Of a DNA stretch of 64,000 bases, positions 19,399 to 28,523 are shown in pieces. The stretch lies in contig JBFWMA010000007.1 of NCBI GenBank assembly GCA_050251875.1, positions 32,001-96,000 of the forward strand, in the 5' to 3' direction. How positions within the stretch are numbered: the first letter of the stretch is position 1; each line of letters begins with the position of its first letter. A program made the translations under genes and the position numbers. Under the pieces are notes generated by a model. The model saw nothing but the letters and a program-made list of their open reading frames with translations. It was not told the DNA's origin and did not search any database. Source of the stretch: Deferribacterales bacterium (GTDB lineage: Bacteria; Chrysiogenota; Deferribacteres; Deferribacterales; Geovibrionaceae).

Positions 19399-19821
19399 AT
19401 GATGACAAACGCATCAGCAGTATCAACACCGTCCAAATGGACACAATTAGTCGAAGAGGCTAAAGAACGCAAAGTCTGGGGTATTGCGTCCAGCTTTGAT
19501 ATATACAACTGCAATCCGGAAACAATACGAAGCGCTGATGCCATCCGTCAGTTCGTCATCGAGCTCTGCGATCTCATAGAGATGAAGAGATTCGGCGAAA
19601 CAGTCGTTGTTCACTTCGGCGAGGACGAAAAAGTTGAGGGGTTCTCCATGACACAGCTCATAGAGACATCTCTGATATCCGCCCACTTCGCTAACCTGAC
19701 AAACGCTACATATCTGGACGTTTTCAGCTGCAAACCCTATGACCCCGCTCTGGTGGAGGAATTCGCCGTAAAATTTTTCGGCGGCACCCACTGCAAGACA
19801 AACGTGAACCTCAGGCACTGA
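19399..19821 (+). CDS. Pyruvoyl-dependent decarboxylase proenzyme, AdoMetDC (SpeD/SpeH class 1) family, divergent
   Basis: 'FDIYNC', 'VVHFG', 'GFSMTQLIETSLISAHF' (aligns with GVSGVVVISESHLSIHT), 'YLDVFSC'. Confidence 0.85.
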   Translation: MMTNASAVSTPSKWTQLVEEAKERKVWGIASSFDIYNCNPETIRSADAIRQFVIELCDLIEMKRFGETVVVHFGEDEKVEGFSMTQLIETSLISAHFANLTNATYLDVFSCKPYDPALVEEFAVKFFGGTHCKTNVNLRH

Positions 19822-19825
19822 GAAA

Positions 19826-20791
19826 GTGAACAAAATATACGCCGTCACAGAATATGACAAATGTATGGCTCTGTGGAAAGAGCTCATCCCAGTGGAGGTC
19901 ATCACCGACATATGGGAAGTGAGAGACTGTTTCCACAGAACATTCAGCAGAGAGCTGTTCTTTGTCGTTTCTGAAAGAGACGGCATCATCAACGGTTTTC
20001 TGCCGCTGTGCTACATCAGCGAAAGCTCATCTTTCGGATATTTTCCGGGTGAATCATGGCACGGCAAAACATGGCTGGAGCAGAACAGGCTGGTAACAGA
20101 CAGCGAAGAGACTCTGAACGACATACTGAGCTATGTTCGCTCAGACGGCAGGGGCACGTTTCACCTGCGCTATCTTAACGCAAGCGAAAAGCTGACATTG
20201 GAAGAGGACGAGACAGGATATCTGTTCACGCCTCCGGCTTACGGTTTCTGCATGGATGAATACTACAAAACATTCAGCGGAAAAACAGCGAAAAAGATAA
20301 AGAAAGAGGTCGCCTCCTTCGATGAGCGAGCCATAGAGACAGTCATAGACCGCTATGAGGACTTTGAGGTTCTGGCGGACATGAACGTGTCACGCTTCGG
20401 TCACGACTCATATTTCTCTGATGAACGCTTCAGAGGCGGTTTCCGCAATATGATGCTCTGGCTGAAAGAGAACGGCATGCTCCGAATGACATCCGTCATG
20501 ATAGACGGGCGCCACGCCGCCATAGACATGGGCAGTATATTCAAAAACACCTATACACTGCTGGCTGGAGGCACATCCGCCGACTATCCGGGAGTGGCGA
20601 AATATATAAACACTATGCACATGAGATATTCATGCGAACAGCGTTTTTCACAGGCTGACTTCCTCTGCGGCAACTTTTCGTGGAAAACGATGTTTCATCT
20701 TGAACCCAGACCTCTTTTCAAGGTATCTAATACTGATGAGTCCGTTTTTGAAAAAATAGCCGAGACGGTCAGCGGAGTATGTTTTGCCTGA
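19826..20791 (+). CDS. Fem/CelD-like double GNAT-fold acyl- or aminoacyl-transferase
   Basis: 'FFVVSERDGIINGFLPL', 'DEYYKTFSGKTAKKIKK', 'SVMIDGRHAA', 'ADFLCGNFSWKTMF'; GTG start 4 nt after the upstream stop. Confidence 0.75.
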   Translation: MNKIYAVTEYDKCMALWKELIPVEVITDIWEVRDCFHRTFSRELFFVVSERDGIINGFLPLCYISESSSFGYFPGESWHGKTWLEQNRLVTDSEETLNDILSYVRSDGRGTFHLRYLNASEKLTLEEDETGYLFTPPAYGFCMDEYYKTFSGKTAKKIKKEVASFDERAIETVIDRYEDFEVLADMNVSRFGHDSYFSDERFRGGFRNMMLWLKENGMLRMTSVMIDGRHAAIDMGSIFKNTYTLLAGGTSADYPGVAKYINTMHMRYSCEQRFSQADFLCGNFSWKTMFHLEPRPLFKVSNTDESVFEKIAETVSGVCFA

Positions 20792-22034
20792 TAAGAGAGT
20801 GGTCGTGGTGGGTTCCACGGCCGATTACAACGAGATAATCCACAAACAGCTCGGAGACAGAGTGCTGTTTCTGACGGATATACACGAAAGCCTGCAATGG
20901 GACGGCTATAAGCCGCCCCTGAAGGACGAATGTCTCACGGATCTCACAGACACTGAGCTGTCGCTGAGAAACCTGAAAGACCATATGACCCTGCACAAGA
21001 TAAAAATCTCCGGCGTTGCCTGCTTCGACTGCGAATCCCTGCCCATGGCTTCCGCCGTGGCGGACGCTCTCTGCCTCCCCTTCCCTTCATCCGCCAGCAT
21101 AGACCTCTGCCGGTCGAAATCAAAATCACATAAGATATGGGAAGACACAGGCGTTCTCTGCCCCAGAACCAGAACAGCGTCATCGCTGTCCGACATAGAC
21201 GCCGCCCTGAGCGGAACAGGTTTCCCCGCTGTGCTGAAACCCGCAACAGGAAGCGGAAGCGAGCTGGTTTTTCTGGTGAACAGCGCAGATGAGGCACAGG
21301 AGAAATTCCGCTTCATAGAAGAAAAACTGGCTATGCACCACAACACCAGAATGTACGGCACCACCGACTGCACTCTGGAAGAATATATAGACGGCACGGA
21401 ATACAGCTGCGACTGGATTCTGAAAGACGGACAGGCGGAGACAATCCGCTTTTCCCGCAAAATACACGATCACTCGCTCTCATTCGGAACAACATCGGCG
21501 TATGTAGTTCCAGGCGAACGAGACACGGAGCTGAACACGGACGATGTGAAGACAGCTCTGATAAAAGGCGCTCAGGCGCTGGGATTCTCCGACATGATAG
21601 CCATGACAGATATGATGGTGAAGGACGGCAGAATATATCTGCTGGAGATGACCCCCAGAATCGGGGGCGACTGCCTGCCCTGGCTGATAGAGGAATCTTC
21701 CGGTCTGAACATGTTCCGGCTGGCTGTGAACCACGCTGTCAGAAAAATGCCCAACATCCCCGCCGCCGATAAATGGACGGTGAAATGCGCCGTGAGGATA
21801 ATAGCCGACCGGAGCGGAATATTCGACCATGTGGAGATAGACGAGGACAGCAGGATAACAAAAACACTGATAGACAGAAAATCCGGACACGAAATAATCC
21901 TTCCTCCGGAAAACTATGACTCCAGAATTCTGGGATTCGTCATATTCACTCCGGACTCATCAGACACACTGAAAAATCAGGCGGAGAGCGTCAGACGCTC
22001 CGTCAGGATAATATATCAGAATGATTTACGCTAA
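20784..22034 (+). CDS. ATP-grasp ligase (L-amino-acid ligase-like)
   Basis: 'CRSKSKS', 'FPAVLKPATGSGSELV', 'EEYIDGTEYS', 'LLEMTPRIGG'; TTG start overlaps the GNAT stop. Confidence 0.9.
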   Translation: MPDKRVVVVGSTADYNEIIHKQLGDRVLFLTDIHESLQWDGYKPPLKDECLTDLTDTELSLRNLKDHMTLHKIKISGVACFDCESLPMASAVADALCLPFPSSASIDLCRSKSKSHKIWEDTGVLCPRTRTASSLSDIDAALSGTGFPAVLKPATGSGSELVFLVNSADEAQEKFRFIEEKLAMHHNTRMYGTTDCTLEEYIDGTEYSCDWILKDGQAETIRFSRKIHDHSLSFGTTSAYVVPGERDTELNTDDVKTALIKGAQALGFSDMIAMTDMMVKDGRIYLLEMTPRIGGDCLPWLIEESSGLNMFRLAVNHAVRKMPNIPAADKWTVKCAVRIIADRSGIFDHVEIDEDSRITKTLIDRKSGHEIILPPENYDSRILGFVIFTPDSSDTLKNQAESVRRSVRIIYQNDLR

Positions 22035-23343
22035 CTATCTGGACTCTCTGAAAGAAATTCTGGGCAAAACAACCCCGAGACTGCCCGATGAGCACATTGA
22101 AAACACGGTGGATTATATCCACTCCATCTCCGGCACGCTGAAGCTGGCAAAGGAAAAATTCGGATCGCCGCTCTATATCATAGACGAACAGGGGCTTCTT
22201 TCACACGCCGAACGCTTTATGTCCGCTTTCAGCGAATGTTTCGAAAGATTTCAGCCGTTCTTCGCCATGAAGAGCAACAATCACTCGTATATAATCAAAA
22301 CCCTGTCCGAAAACGGATACGGAATAGACGTGTCCAGCGGTGCGGAGCTGACAACAGCCCTGAAAGCGGGGGCTGACAGAATAGTTTTCAGCGGACCCGG
22401 AAAAACACAGAAAGAGCTGGCTCTGGCTGTAAAACACTCAGAAAAAGTTACCGTGCTGATGGACAGCCTGAACGAGCTGGAAAAGCTGAGCGCCGAGGCG
22501 GACAGGCAGAACAGGACAGTAAGAGCCGGGGTGCGCATCACGACACAGAATAATCCTCTCTGGCGCAAGTTCGGCATAGCTGCCGACTCCTTGCCTGTTT
22601 TCATGGATAAAGCCGCTGAGAAGCGCAATATAGACTTCTGCGGGCTTCAGTTTCACTCCAGCTGGAATCTGACTCCGGACAACCATGTCAGACTGATAGA
22701 GACCATCGGTCACGCCATATCCGGACTGAGCGCCGGACAGCGTGAAAAAATAAAATTTCTGGACATGGGCGGAGGCTACTGGGTGGAAGACGGCGAATGG
22801 ATGCTGGCGGACACCGCTCAGGAGATAAAAGTAGCCAAGCACCTGACAGATATAACAACCGATCCGCTGGATCACAGATATCTCCCCGCCACGGATATCA
22901 GAACATATGCCAGGGCTCTCTCTGAGGCTTTCAACAAACACATCCGCCCGCTGACCGACTGCGATGTATACGCTGAGCCGGGAAGATTCGTGGCGCACCA
23001 CAGCATGCACCTGCTGCTCAGCGTGGAAGATATCAAAGAACCGGACATCGCCATTACAGACGGCGCCACAAACATTCTGGGCTGGGAAAGATATGAGATG
23101 GATTATTTTCCGGTGGTGAACATCACCAGCCGGTCAAAAACAGAAAAACCGATGATGGTGCTCGGCTCGCTCTGCACACCGCACGATGTGTGGGGGGCGG
23201 CGTATCACGGCGAAAGCATGAACATAGGCGACACGCTGATAATTCCTTATCAGGGCGCGTATACCTACTGTCTCCGTCAGAATTTTATCAAAGACATTCC
23301 CGAAAGTGTCGTTTTCAGAGGATCTGAACTCTTCAAGGCATAA
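22021..23343 (+). CDS. PLP-dependent fold-III (Orn/DAP/Arg family) decarboxylase, divergent
   Basis: 'GSPLYIID', PLP Lys 'FAMKSN', 'DVSSGAEL', 'FSGPGKT', 'KFGI', 'LDMGGGY', 'EPGRF', 'GSLCTPHD', 'GAYT'. Confidence 0.9.
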   Translation: MIYANYLDSLKEILGKTTPRLPDEHIENTVDYIHSISGTLKLAKEKFGSPLYIIDEQGLLSHAERFMSAFSECFERFQPFFAMKSNNHSYIIKTLSENGYGIDVSSGAELTTALKAGADRIVFSGPGKTQKELALAVKHSEKVTVLMDSLNELEKLSAEADRQNRTVRAGVRITTQNNPLWRKFGIAADSLPVFMDKAAEKRNIDFCGLQFHSSWNLTPDNHVRLIETIGHAISGLSAGQREKIKFLDMGGGYWVEDGEWMLADTAQEIKVAKHLTDITTDPLDHRYLPATDIRTYARALSEAFNKHIRPLTDCDVYAEPGRFVAHHSMHLLLSVEDIKEPDIAITDGATNILGWERYEMDYFPVVNITSRSKTEKPMMVLGSLCTPHDVWGAAYHGESMNIGDTLIIPYQGAYTYCLRQNFIKDIPESVVFRGSELFKA

Positions 23344-23373
23344 AAAAACCGCACCCATAAAATGAGTGCGGTT
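23342..23373. terminator. Hairpin between the operon end and the tRNA-Val 3' end
   Basis: AACCGCAC...GTGCGGTT with an A-run on the left (T-run on the minus strand). Confidence 0.65.
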
Positions 23374-23377
23374 GAAA

Positions 23378-23449
23378 TAGGCACGGACGGTTTCGAACCG
23401 TCGACCCTTGCCACGTCAAGGCAATGCTCTCCCACTGAGCTACGCGCCT
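23378..23449 (-). tRNA. tRNA-Val (GAC)
   Basis: AGGCGCGTAGCTCAGTGGGAGAGCATTGCCTTGACGTGGCAAGGGTCGACGGTTCGAAACCGTCCGTGCCTA; anticodon arm TTGCC-TTGACGT-GGCAA. Confidence 0.95.
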
Positions 23450-23553
23450 TCGGAGTACAGATAATACATATTCGACTGACCTTTTTCAAGATTTTTTTTC
23501 AAAGGGCTCAATTTTATATTACAAAATCGCCGGACACATAATATATTAAACAT

Positions 23554-24183
23554 ATGAGCAAAATACGCAACGGCGCTTTCCGCCGCAACACCGAAAAATA
23601 TGACGAGTGGTTCGAAAGAAATCTCTATGCCTACGAGTCTGAACTGCTCCTTCTGCAAAGCCTGAAAATGCACGGCAGGATGATAGAGATCGGTGTGGGT
23701 ACAGGAAAATTCGCCTTCCCTCTGGGGATCAAGCTGGGTGTGGAACCCACGGAGCAGATGTATAGAAAAGCTGTGGAACTGGGCATAGACACGATATGCG
23801 CCGTGGCGGAAGATCTGCCTCTGAGATCAGATATTTTTGACTGGGTTCTGATGGTTACCACCATATGTTTTGTGAACGACCCGCAGAAGGCATGTGACGA
23901 AATATTCCGTATCTTGAAAAAAGGCGGACACATAGCGGTTGCCTTCGTGGATAAAGACACCGATCTGGGCGCAAAATATCTGGCGAAAAAATCTGAAAGC
24001 GTTTTTTATCAGGAGGCGGAGTTCTACAGCACGGAAGATATCATCCGCATAATGAAAAAGGCCGGATTCACAGATATAAAAACATATCAGACGCTGATTG
24101 ACAGCTCTCTGAGCTATGCCGAACAGCCGTCAGAAGGTCACGGCAAGGGCGGTTTCGCCGCTGTGACTGGGATGAAACCCTAG
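23554..24183 (+). CDS. Class I SAM-dependent methyltransferase
   Basis: 'YDEWF', motif I 'IEIGVGTGKF', 'AEDLP...FD', 'RILKKGG'. Confidence 0.9.
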   Translation: MSKIRNGAFRRNTEKYDEWFERNLYAYESELLLLQSLKMHGRMIEIGVGTGKFAFPLGIKLGVEPTEQMYRKAVELGIDTICAVAEDLPLRSDIFDWVLMVTTICFVNDPQKACDEIFRILKKGGHIAVAFVDKDTDLGAKYLAKKSESVFYQEAEFYSTEDIIRIMKKAGFTDIKTYQTLIDSSLSYAEQPSEGHGKGGFAAVTGMKP

Positions 24184-24869
24184 CCCCAGCTCAGCTTTCC
24201 TCCGTTGAACCCTATAACAGCCAGCACAGGCACATTCAGAAAAATCATAGCGTGATAAAACAGAGAAGCCATACCCTGCCCCGTACCTATCTCCGGAGAC
24301 ATCAGACGCATGATGACCTCCAGCAGACACATAAAGAACAGTATGATGGAGAAGGCAATCTTCATGCCGAATATTTTGTTCATAGTCAGCTCATAGTTAA
24401 CCCACCAGCTGACGAATCCGGAGCCGATAGTAGGGATGAGAAACAGCACGGAAGCCGCCAGAGAATAGAATCCGGCAGACTCGAAGGAGTCTTTTCCGGT
24501 GGCGAGAAATATTATCTGCATGATAACGGTGAAGTTGATGAGCCCCATAGGAAAATGTATGAACATAGGGTGCGGGTGAAAAAGTCTGTATAGTTTTCTG
24601 ACGGTATCTTTAAATGTTTTTTCCTGTTTTTCGGCGGTCTTTTTGACAGCCTCCAGAGTGCCTACCTGAGAAAAACGCTCCAGAACCTCCGGACCGTGCG
24701 GAGCGGATTTCAGCGCCTCGGAGAGATCCATTCCGGCGAAGTGTTTGTTAACGTGTTTGCCGTTTTTCCAGAGTCTGCTGTCGGTTACATCATAAACCTT
24801 TCCCTCGTTGGAAACATAGCTCTTTCTCCCCTCTTTTCCGTCAAAAGTTTGCAGTTCCTCTTTTTTCAC
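24180..24869 (-). CDS. Cytochrome b5-like heme/steroid-binding domain fused to a DUF2231-type membrane domain
   Basis: 'EELQTFDGKEG...GKVYDVT...HFAGMDL...APHG'; 'HPHPMFIHFPMG' then TM helices. Confidence 0.85.
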   Translation of the reverse strand: MKKEELQTFDGKEGRKSYVSNEGKVYDVTDSRLWKNGKHVNKHFAGMDLSEALKSAPHGPEVLERFSQVGTLEAVKKTAEKQEKTFKDTVRKLYRLFHPHPMFIHFPMGLINFTVIMQIIFLATGKDSFESAGFYSLAASVLFLIPTIGSGFVSWWVNYELTMNKIFGMKIAFSIILFFMCLLEVIMRLMSPEIGTGQGMASLFYHAMIFLNVPVLAVIGFNGGKLSWG

Positions 24870-24975
24870 TTTGCACTCCGAAAAAAAATTGTTTATTATC
24901 TGAATTTAGTATACATAGCGCCGATTTTCAAGGCTAGTTGTATCTTAAATTTATTTAAACACGGCAGTAACATTT

Positions 24976-25743
24976 ATGAATAAATTACACGTTTTCCTGA
25001 TAATGCTTATAGTCTTCATGTATTCCTGCTCCACAGCGACCCAGAACTTTACAGACTCCCCCGTCACAAACGAGATAAATCCTCAGAAAAGAAAGCTGAA
25101 ATCCATGCAGTACACCATCCAGGCGGGAGCGTTCGGCAATATATCAAACGCCGTCCGGCTGGAAAAAAAGCTGGACAGAAGCGGACTGGAAGCCTACTAC
25201 TTTCTGGATGTCGACAACCTGTACAAAGTCAGGTTCGGAAACTTTCAGTCGAGAGCCGCCGCCACAGCCGCCGCTAAAAAGATGCAGGACAGAGGATATA
25301 TAGACGTATACTACGTTGTCGCGCCCGAAGAATATGAGGCGGCAAAGCCGGAATATCTCACAGACATCACTGGGCTCAGAGCGGCAATAGTTGAAACAGC
25401 GAGAAGATATCTGGGCGTGCCCTATGAATGGGGCGGAACAAACGACTCAGGATTCGACTGCAGCGGTCTCACCATGGCAGTCTACAGGCTGAACGGACTC
25501 GACCTGCCCAGAGTATCATACGAACAGTTCAAAGAGGGCACATATGTCAGCAAAGAGGAACTGCGCCCGGGCGACCTCGTGTTCTTCGACACCAGAAGGC
25601 TGGGCAGAGTATCCCACGTCGGCATATATATAGGAAATGATATGTTTATCCACGCCCCCAGAACAGGGCAGAAAGTGAAGGTGGAGAGCCTTTCGCTGGA
25701 TTATTTCGTCAGATCATACAGAGGAGCCAGAAGCTACTTCTAG
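24976..25743 (+). CDS. SPOR-domain NlpC/P60 peptidoglycan endopeptidase, probable lipoprotein
   Basis: SPOR 'YTIQAGAFGNISNA...YKVRFG'; NlpC 'LGVPYEWGG...FDCSGL...HVGIYIG...FIHAP'. Confidence 0.92.
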   Translation: MNKLHVFLIMLIVFMYSCSTATQNFTDSPVTNEINPQKRKLKSMQYTIQAGAFGNISNAVRLEKKLDRSGLEAYYFLDVDNLYKVRFGNFQSRAAATAAAKKMQDRGYIDVYYVVAPEEYEAAKPEYLTDITGLRAAIVETARRYLGVPYEWGGTNDSGFDCSGLTMAVYRLNGLDLPRVSYEQFKEGTYVSKEELRPGDLVFFDTRRLGRVSHVGIYIGNDMFIHAPRTGQKVKVESLSLDYFVRSYRGARSYF

Positions 25744-26681
25744 GCAAGAAATCTCGAAAATATCTCTATCCACACCGGAATAGTGATAAGACTGACCGCC
25801 GTGGTCGTCAGTATCGTCTGAACGGCTGTCTCCAGATCGCCGCCGAAATATTTTATAATGGCGATAGTCAGCATCCCCGCCGGCATAGACGCCTGAACCG
25901 CCGTTATCATCTTAAGATCGTATGACACAGGCAGAAACTTCACCGTCAGAACCATTATCACGGGAATCACAAACATCCTCAGAATGACAGCTCCCACGGA
26001 TATTCTGAAACCGCCCTTCTTCATCAGAGCGCCCGCTGACTCAGCCAGAGCGGCACCGCTGATAAAAATACCTATCGGTATGGACACAAGAGCTATCGGG
26101 TGCATCACGCCGTAAACCCACGAAGGCAGAGCGTCTCCGCCTATGAAAAAATTAACCGCCAGAGATATTATAACGGAGAGCAGAGGAGGATTTTTCAGCA
26201 CACGGGTAAAATTCTTATAAGAAAACCCGGTCATAAGCCCCACTCCCACAGACCAGTAGGCAAGATCGATGCCGATGTTATGCACCAGAAGAAGCCCCAC
26301 CGTCTCCTTGCCGAAGGTGAACTCAGTGATGGGGATGGAAAGAAAGCCGTAATTGTATATTCCCACGGTAAATGCGAATGACGCCTTGGCGTCTCTGTTC
26401 TTTGCTCCGAAATACCCCGCCAGATACCACGACACGGCGAAACCTATGACTATGCCGTAAAACCCCACGACAGGAGCCGATATCACGTTAGAAATATCCG
26501 CCAGAGCCTTGTTGCCCACAACATAGTTGAAAATCATCACCGGCATGAAGAAATTGATGAGAGCTTTCAGCATCAGCTTTTCTGGTTTTCCCCGTGTGAT
26601 GCCGAACCTGTTGAAAGCGCCGCCTACAAAGGCAGCTGACATGTATGGAAATAATATTTTGAAAATACCCAGATAGGTCAT
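25740..26681 (-). CDS. AEC (auxin efflux carrier / malate permease) family transporter
   Basis: 'NYGFLSIP', 'NPPLLS', 'QASMPAG'; about 10 TM; ATG at 26681 preferred. Confidence 0.85.
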   Translation of the reverse strand: MTYLGIFKILFPYMSAAFVGGAFNRFGITRGKPEKLMLKALINFFMPVMIFNYVVGNKALADISNVISAPVVGFYGIVIGFAVSWYLAGYFGAKNRDAKASFAFTVGIYNYGFLSIPITEFTFGKETVGLLLVHNIGIDLAYWSVGVGLMTGFSYKNFTRVLKNPPLLSVIISLAVNFFIGGDALPSWVYGVMHPIALVSIPIGIFISGAALAESAGALMKKGGFRISVGAVILRMFVIPVIMVLTVKFLPVSYDLKMITAVQASMPAGMLTIAIIKYFGGDLETAVQTILTTTAVSLITIPVWIEIFSRFLA

Positions 26682-26691
26682 GAAATGATCG

Positions 26692-27387
26692 TCAGAAAAT
26701 AAGTCCGGAGGTTTTTCCGGCATCGAGTTTTTTATAAAGATCTTCGGGGTCTGTCTCGCCCATGGCGTTCACCAGACTGTCCACAATCTCGGACGCCTGA
26801 AACTCCGTGAGATACCCGTTTTTCAGCTTGCTGGTTTTTTCGAGGTTTTCCAGCCTGATCTCTGTTTCGGCGTTCAGAGCGCTGTTGGAAGCCAGCTTGG
26901 CAGACACCTGTCTGATGGCTCTGTCCAGCTGAGCCTGAGCGCCGCCGGATTCCAGATTTATAACATCCAGCCCCAGCTCCTTGCTGTCGGCATCGCCTAT
27001 CACTTTCGATCCGAGAAACTGCTCCTTAGACGCCATAGTGTCGATGGATGTGAGCACCTGCTCGGCGTTGGCTACTATTGTGTCCTGTTCCGCCAGACTT
27101 CTGTCTTTGGCGCTGTCATATTCGACAGCCATTTTTTTGAGCTGCTGGAGCTTTACACTGACAGCCTTCAGAGCGTCCGCTCTGGACTGCACATAGCTCA
27201 GATTGCTCTGGGAGTCTCTGGCTTTCAGATATATGGAGTTGTATTTTTTCGCTGTGGATACTTTCTGTGACGAAGATGATTCGGACGCAGTCTCAGTCTC
27301 CGAGGATGAAACGGCTGTGGTTTCTGTCCGGTTCCTGATCTGATTGTCGATCTTCGTGATACCCGCGGGGGTTATCTTCTCTATCAT
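26692..27387 (-). CDS. Short divergent flagellin-like protein
   Basis: 'SNLSYVQSRADALKAVSVKLQQLKKMAVE...LTSIDTMASKEQFLGSKVI' and 'LDRAIRQVSAKLA' resemble flagellin D1 helices. Confidence 0.6.
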   Translation of the reverse strand: MIEKITPAGITKIDNQIRNRTETTAVSSSETETASESSSSQKVSTAKKYNSIYLKARDSQSNLSYVQSRADALKAVSVKLQQLKKMAVEYDSAKDRSLAEQDTIVANAEQVLTSIDTMASKEQFLGSKVIGDADSKELGLDVINLESGGAQAQLDRAIRQVSAKLASNSALNAETEIRLENLEKTSKLKNGYLTEFQASEIVDSLVNAMGETDPEDLYKKLDAGKTSGLIF

Positions 27388-27395
27388 CTTGTCAC

Positions 27396-28448
27396 CTAAT
27401 ACTGCGCATTCAGAATGAATGTTTTTGTAAACTTATACTCCGCTGACGGCTTTGCGGCGTATGCTTTATCCGTAACAGTCACCCTGAACCTGTACTGCTG
27501 ACTGTCATAGGATGAGCTGTTTCCGCTGAGCCTCAGAAAAGCGCCCTGACCCACCGTTACTCCGTCAGTGGTAAGAGATGACTCCGACCCGGCGGAGTTT
27601 ACCACTTTGAACCCGAAACTGCCGTTAGAGGTTATCTTCGGGTCTCCGGTTATCTCTTCCACAGACCAGTTATATTCAGCCTGAGCGTTAGCCGTGTTAT
27701 CCGAGGCTATCGGAATGCCGCCTTCTATATAAAAGTTAAACACATAGCCGGAATCAGTGGAAGCCGCCGGCATAGTCTGGCTCAGATATTTATACTGTTC
27801 AGGGTCGCACCCGGAGCCTGTTCTCAGCTCGTTCAGCGTAACCCAGTCAACCACATCGTCATATTTTTCCGCACGGTTCATATCTGTGGTGTAGTCGTCT
27901 TTCGCGTCCGATCCCTGGGGATAGACCCGGATAACGTTCGCTCCTGATTTAACAACAGTGTTCACGCCCGTCTGAATATTTTTGTTTTCAGACCCGCTGA
28001 TAACAGCATAGGCGATATTTTTTACCGCTGTTCTGTCCGTGTCGCTGTCGGCGCAGGTGGCGTTTTTACATACCCACACCTCTGTATTAGTATAATATGA
28101 TCCGCAAACGGTATTCACAACATTATTATACACGTCAGAGCCGGCGTTCCACCACCCGATCGACTTATCCAGTATGGGGTCGGCGTAATAATGCACCTGC
28201 TTGCCGTATCCGTCTGTGGGATATGTCACACTGCTCAGAAAAAGTGTTTTCGTGGGGAGCTCCCTGCTGGATGAAACATAGCTGTATATGGCGTTTTTGT
28301 CGGATTCCACCATTCTTCTTGTTTTTTCCGCTCCGCCTTTGTTTACAAAAAGCACCAGTATGGATGAAGCGGCGGACATTATCAGCCCGAATATAACCAG
28401 AACTATGGCCATCTCTACAAGAGAAAATCCTTTCACGTTATCTTTCAT
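27396..28448 (-). CDS. Type IV pilin / pseudopilin-like protein (class III signal)
   Basis: MKDNVKG|FSLVEMAIVLVIFGLIM; ATG at 28448. Confidence 0.85.
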   Translation of the reverse strand: MKDNVKGFSLVEMAIVLVIFGLIMSAASSILVLFVNKGGAEKTRRMVESDKNAIYSYVSSSRELPTKTLFLSSVTYPTDGYGKQVHYYADPILDKSIGWWNAGSDVYNNVVNTVCGSYYTNTEVWVCKNATCADSDTDRTAVKNIAYAVISGSENKNIQTGVNTVVKSGANVIRVYPQGSDAKDDYTTDMNRAEKYDDVVDWVTLNELRTGSGCDPEQYKYLSQTMPAASTDSGYVFNFYIEGGIPIASDNTANAQAEYNWSVEEITGDPKITSNGSFGFKVVNSAGSESSLTTDGVTVGQGAFLRLSGNSSSYDSQQYRFRVTVTDKAYAAKPSAEYKFTKTFILNAQY

Positions 28449-28523
28449 TGTTCCATTATAATCTATTTTTAGCTTAAAAAAAAGGATGACTTGATGTATA
28501 GTCATTCATAAACACGGTGAAAT

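Noticed and set aside
18257..23449. Intact integrative element at tRNA-Val
   Set aside because: No integrase, no duplicated tRNA-Val 3' end found by eye, and operon codon style resembles the host
28449..28523. Invertible promoter between the divergent pilins
   Set aside because: No flanking inverted repeats seen and no recombinase in the window
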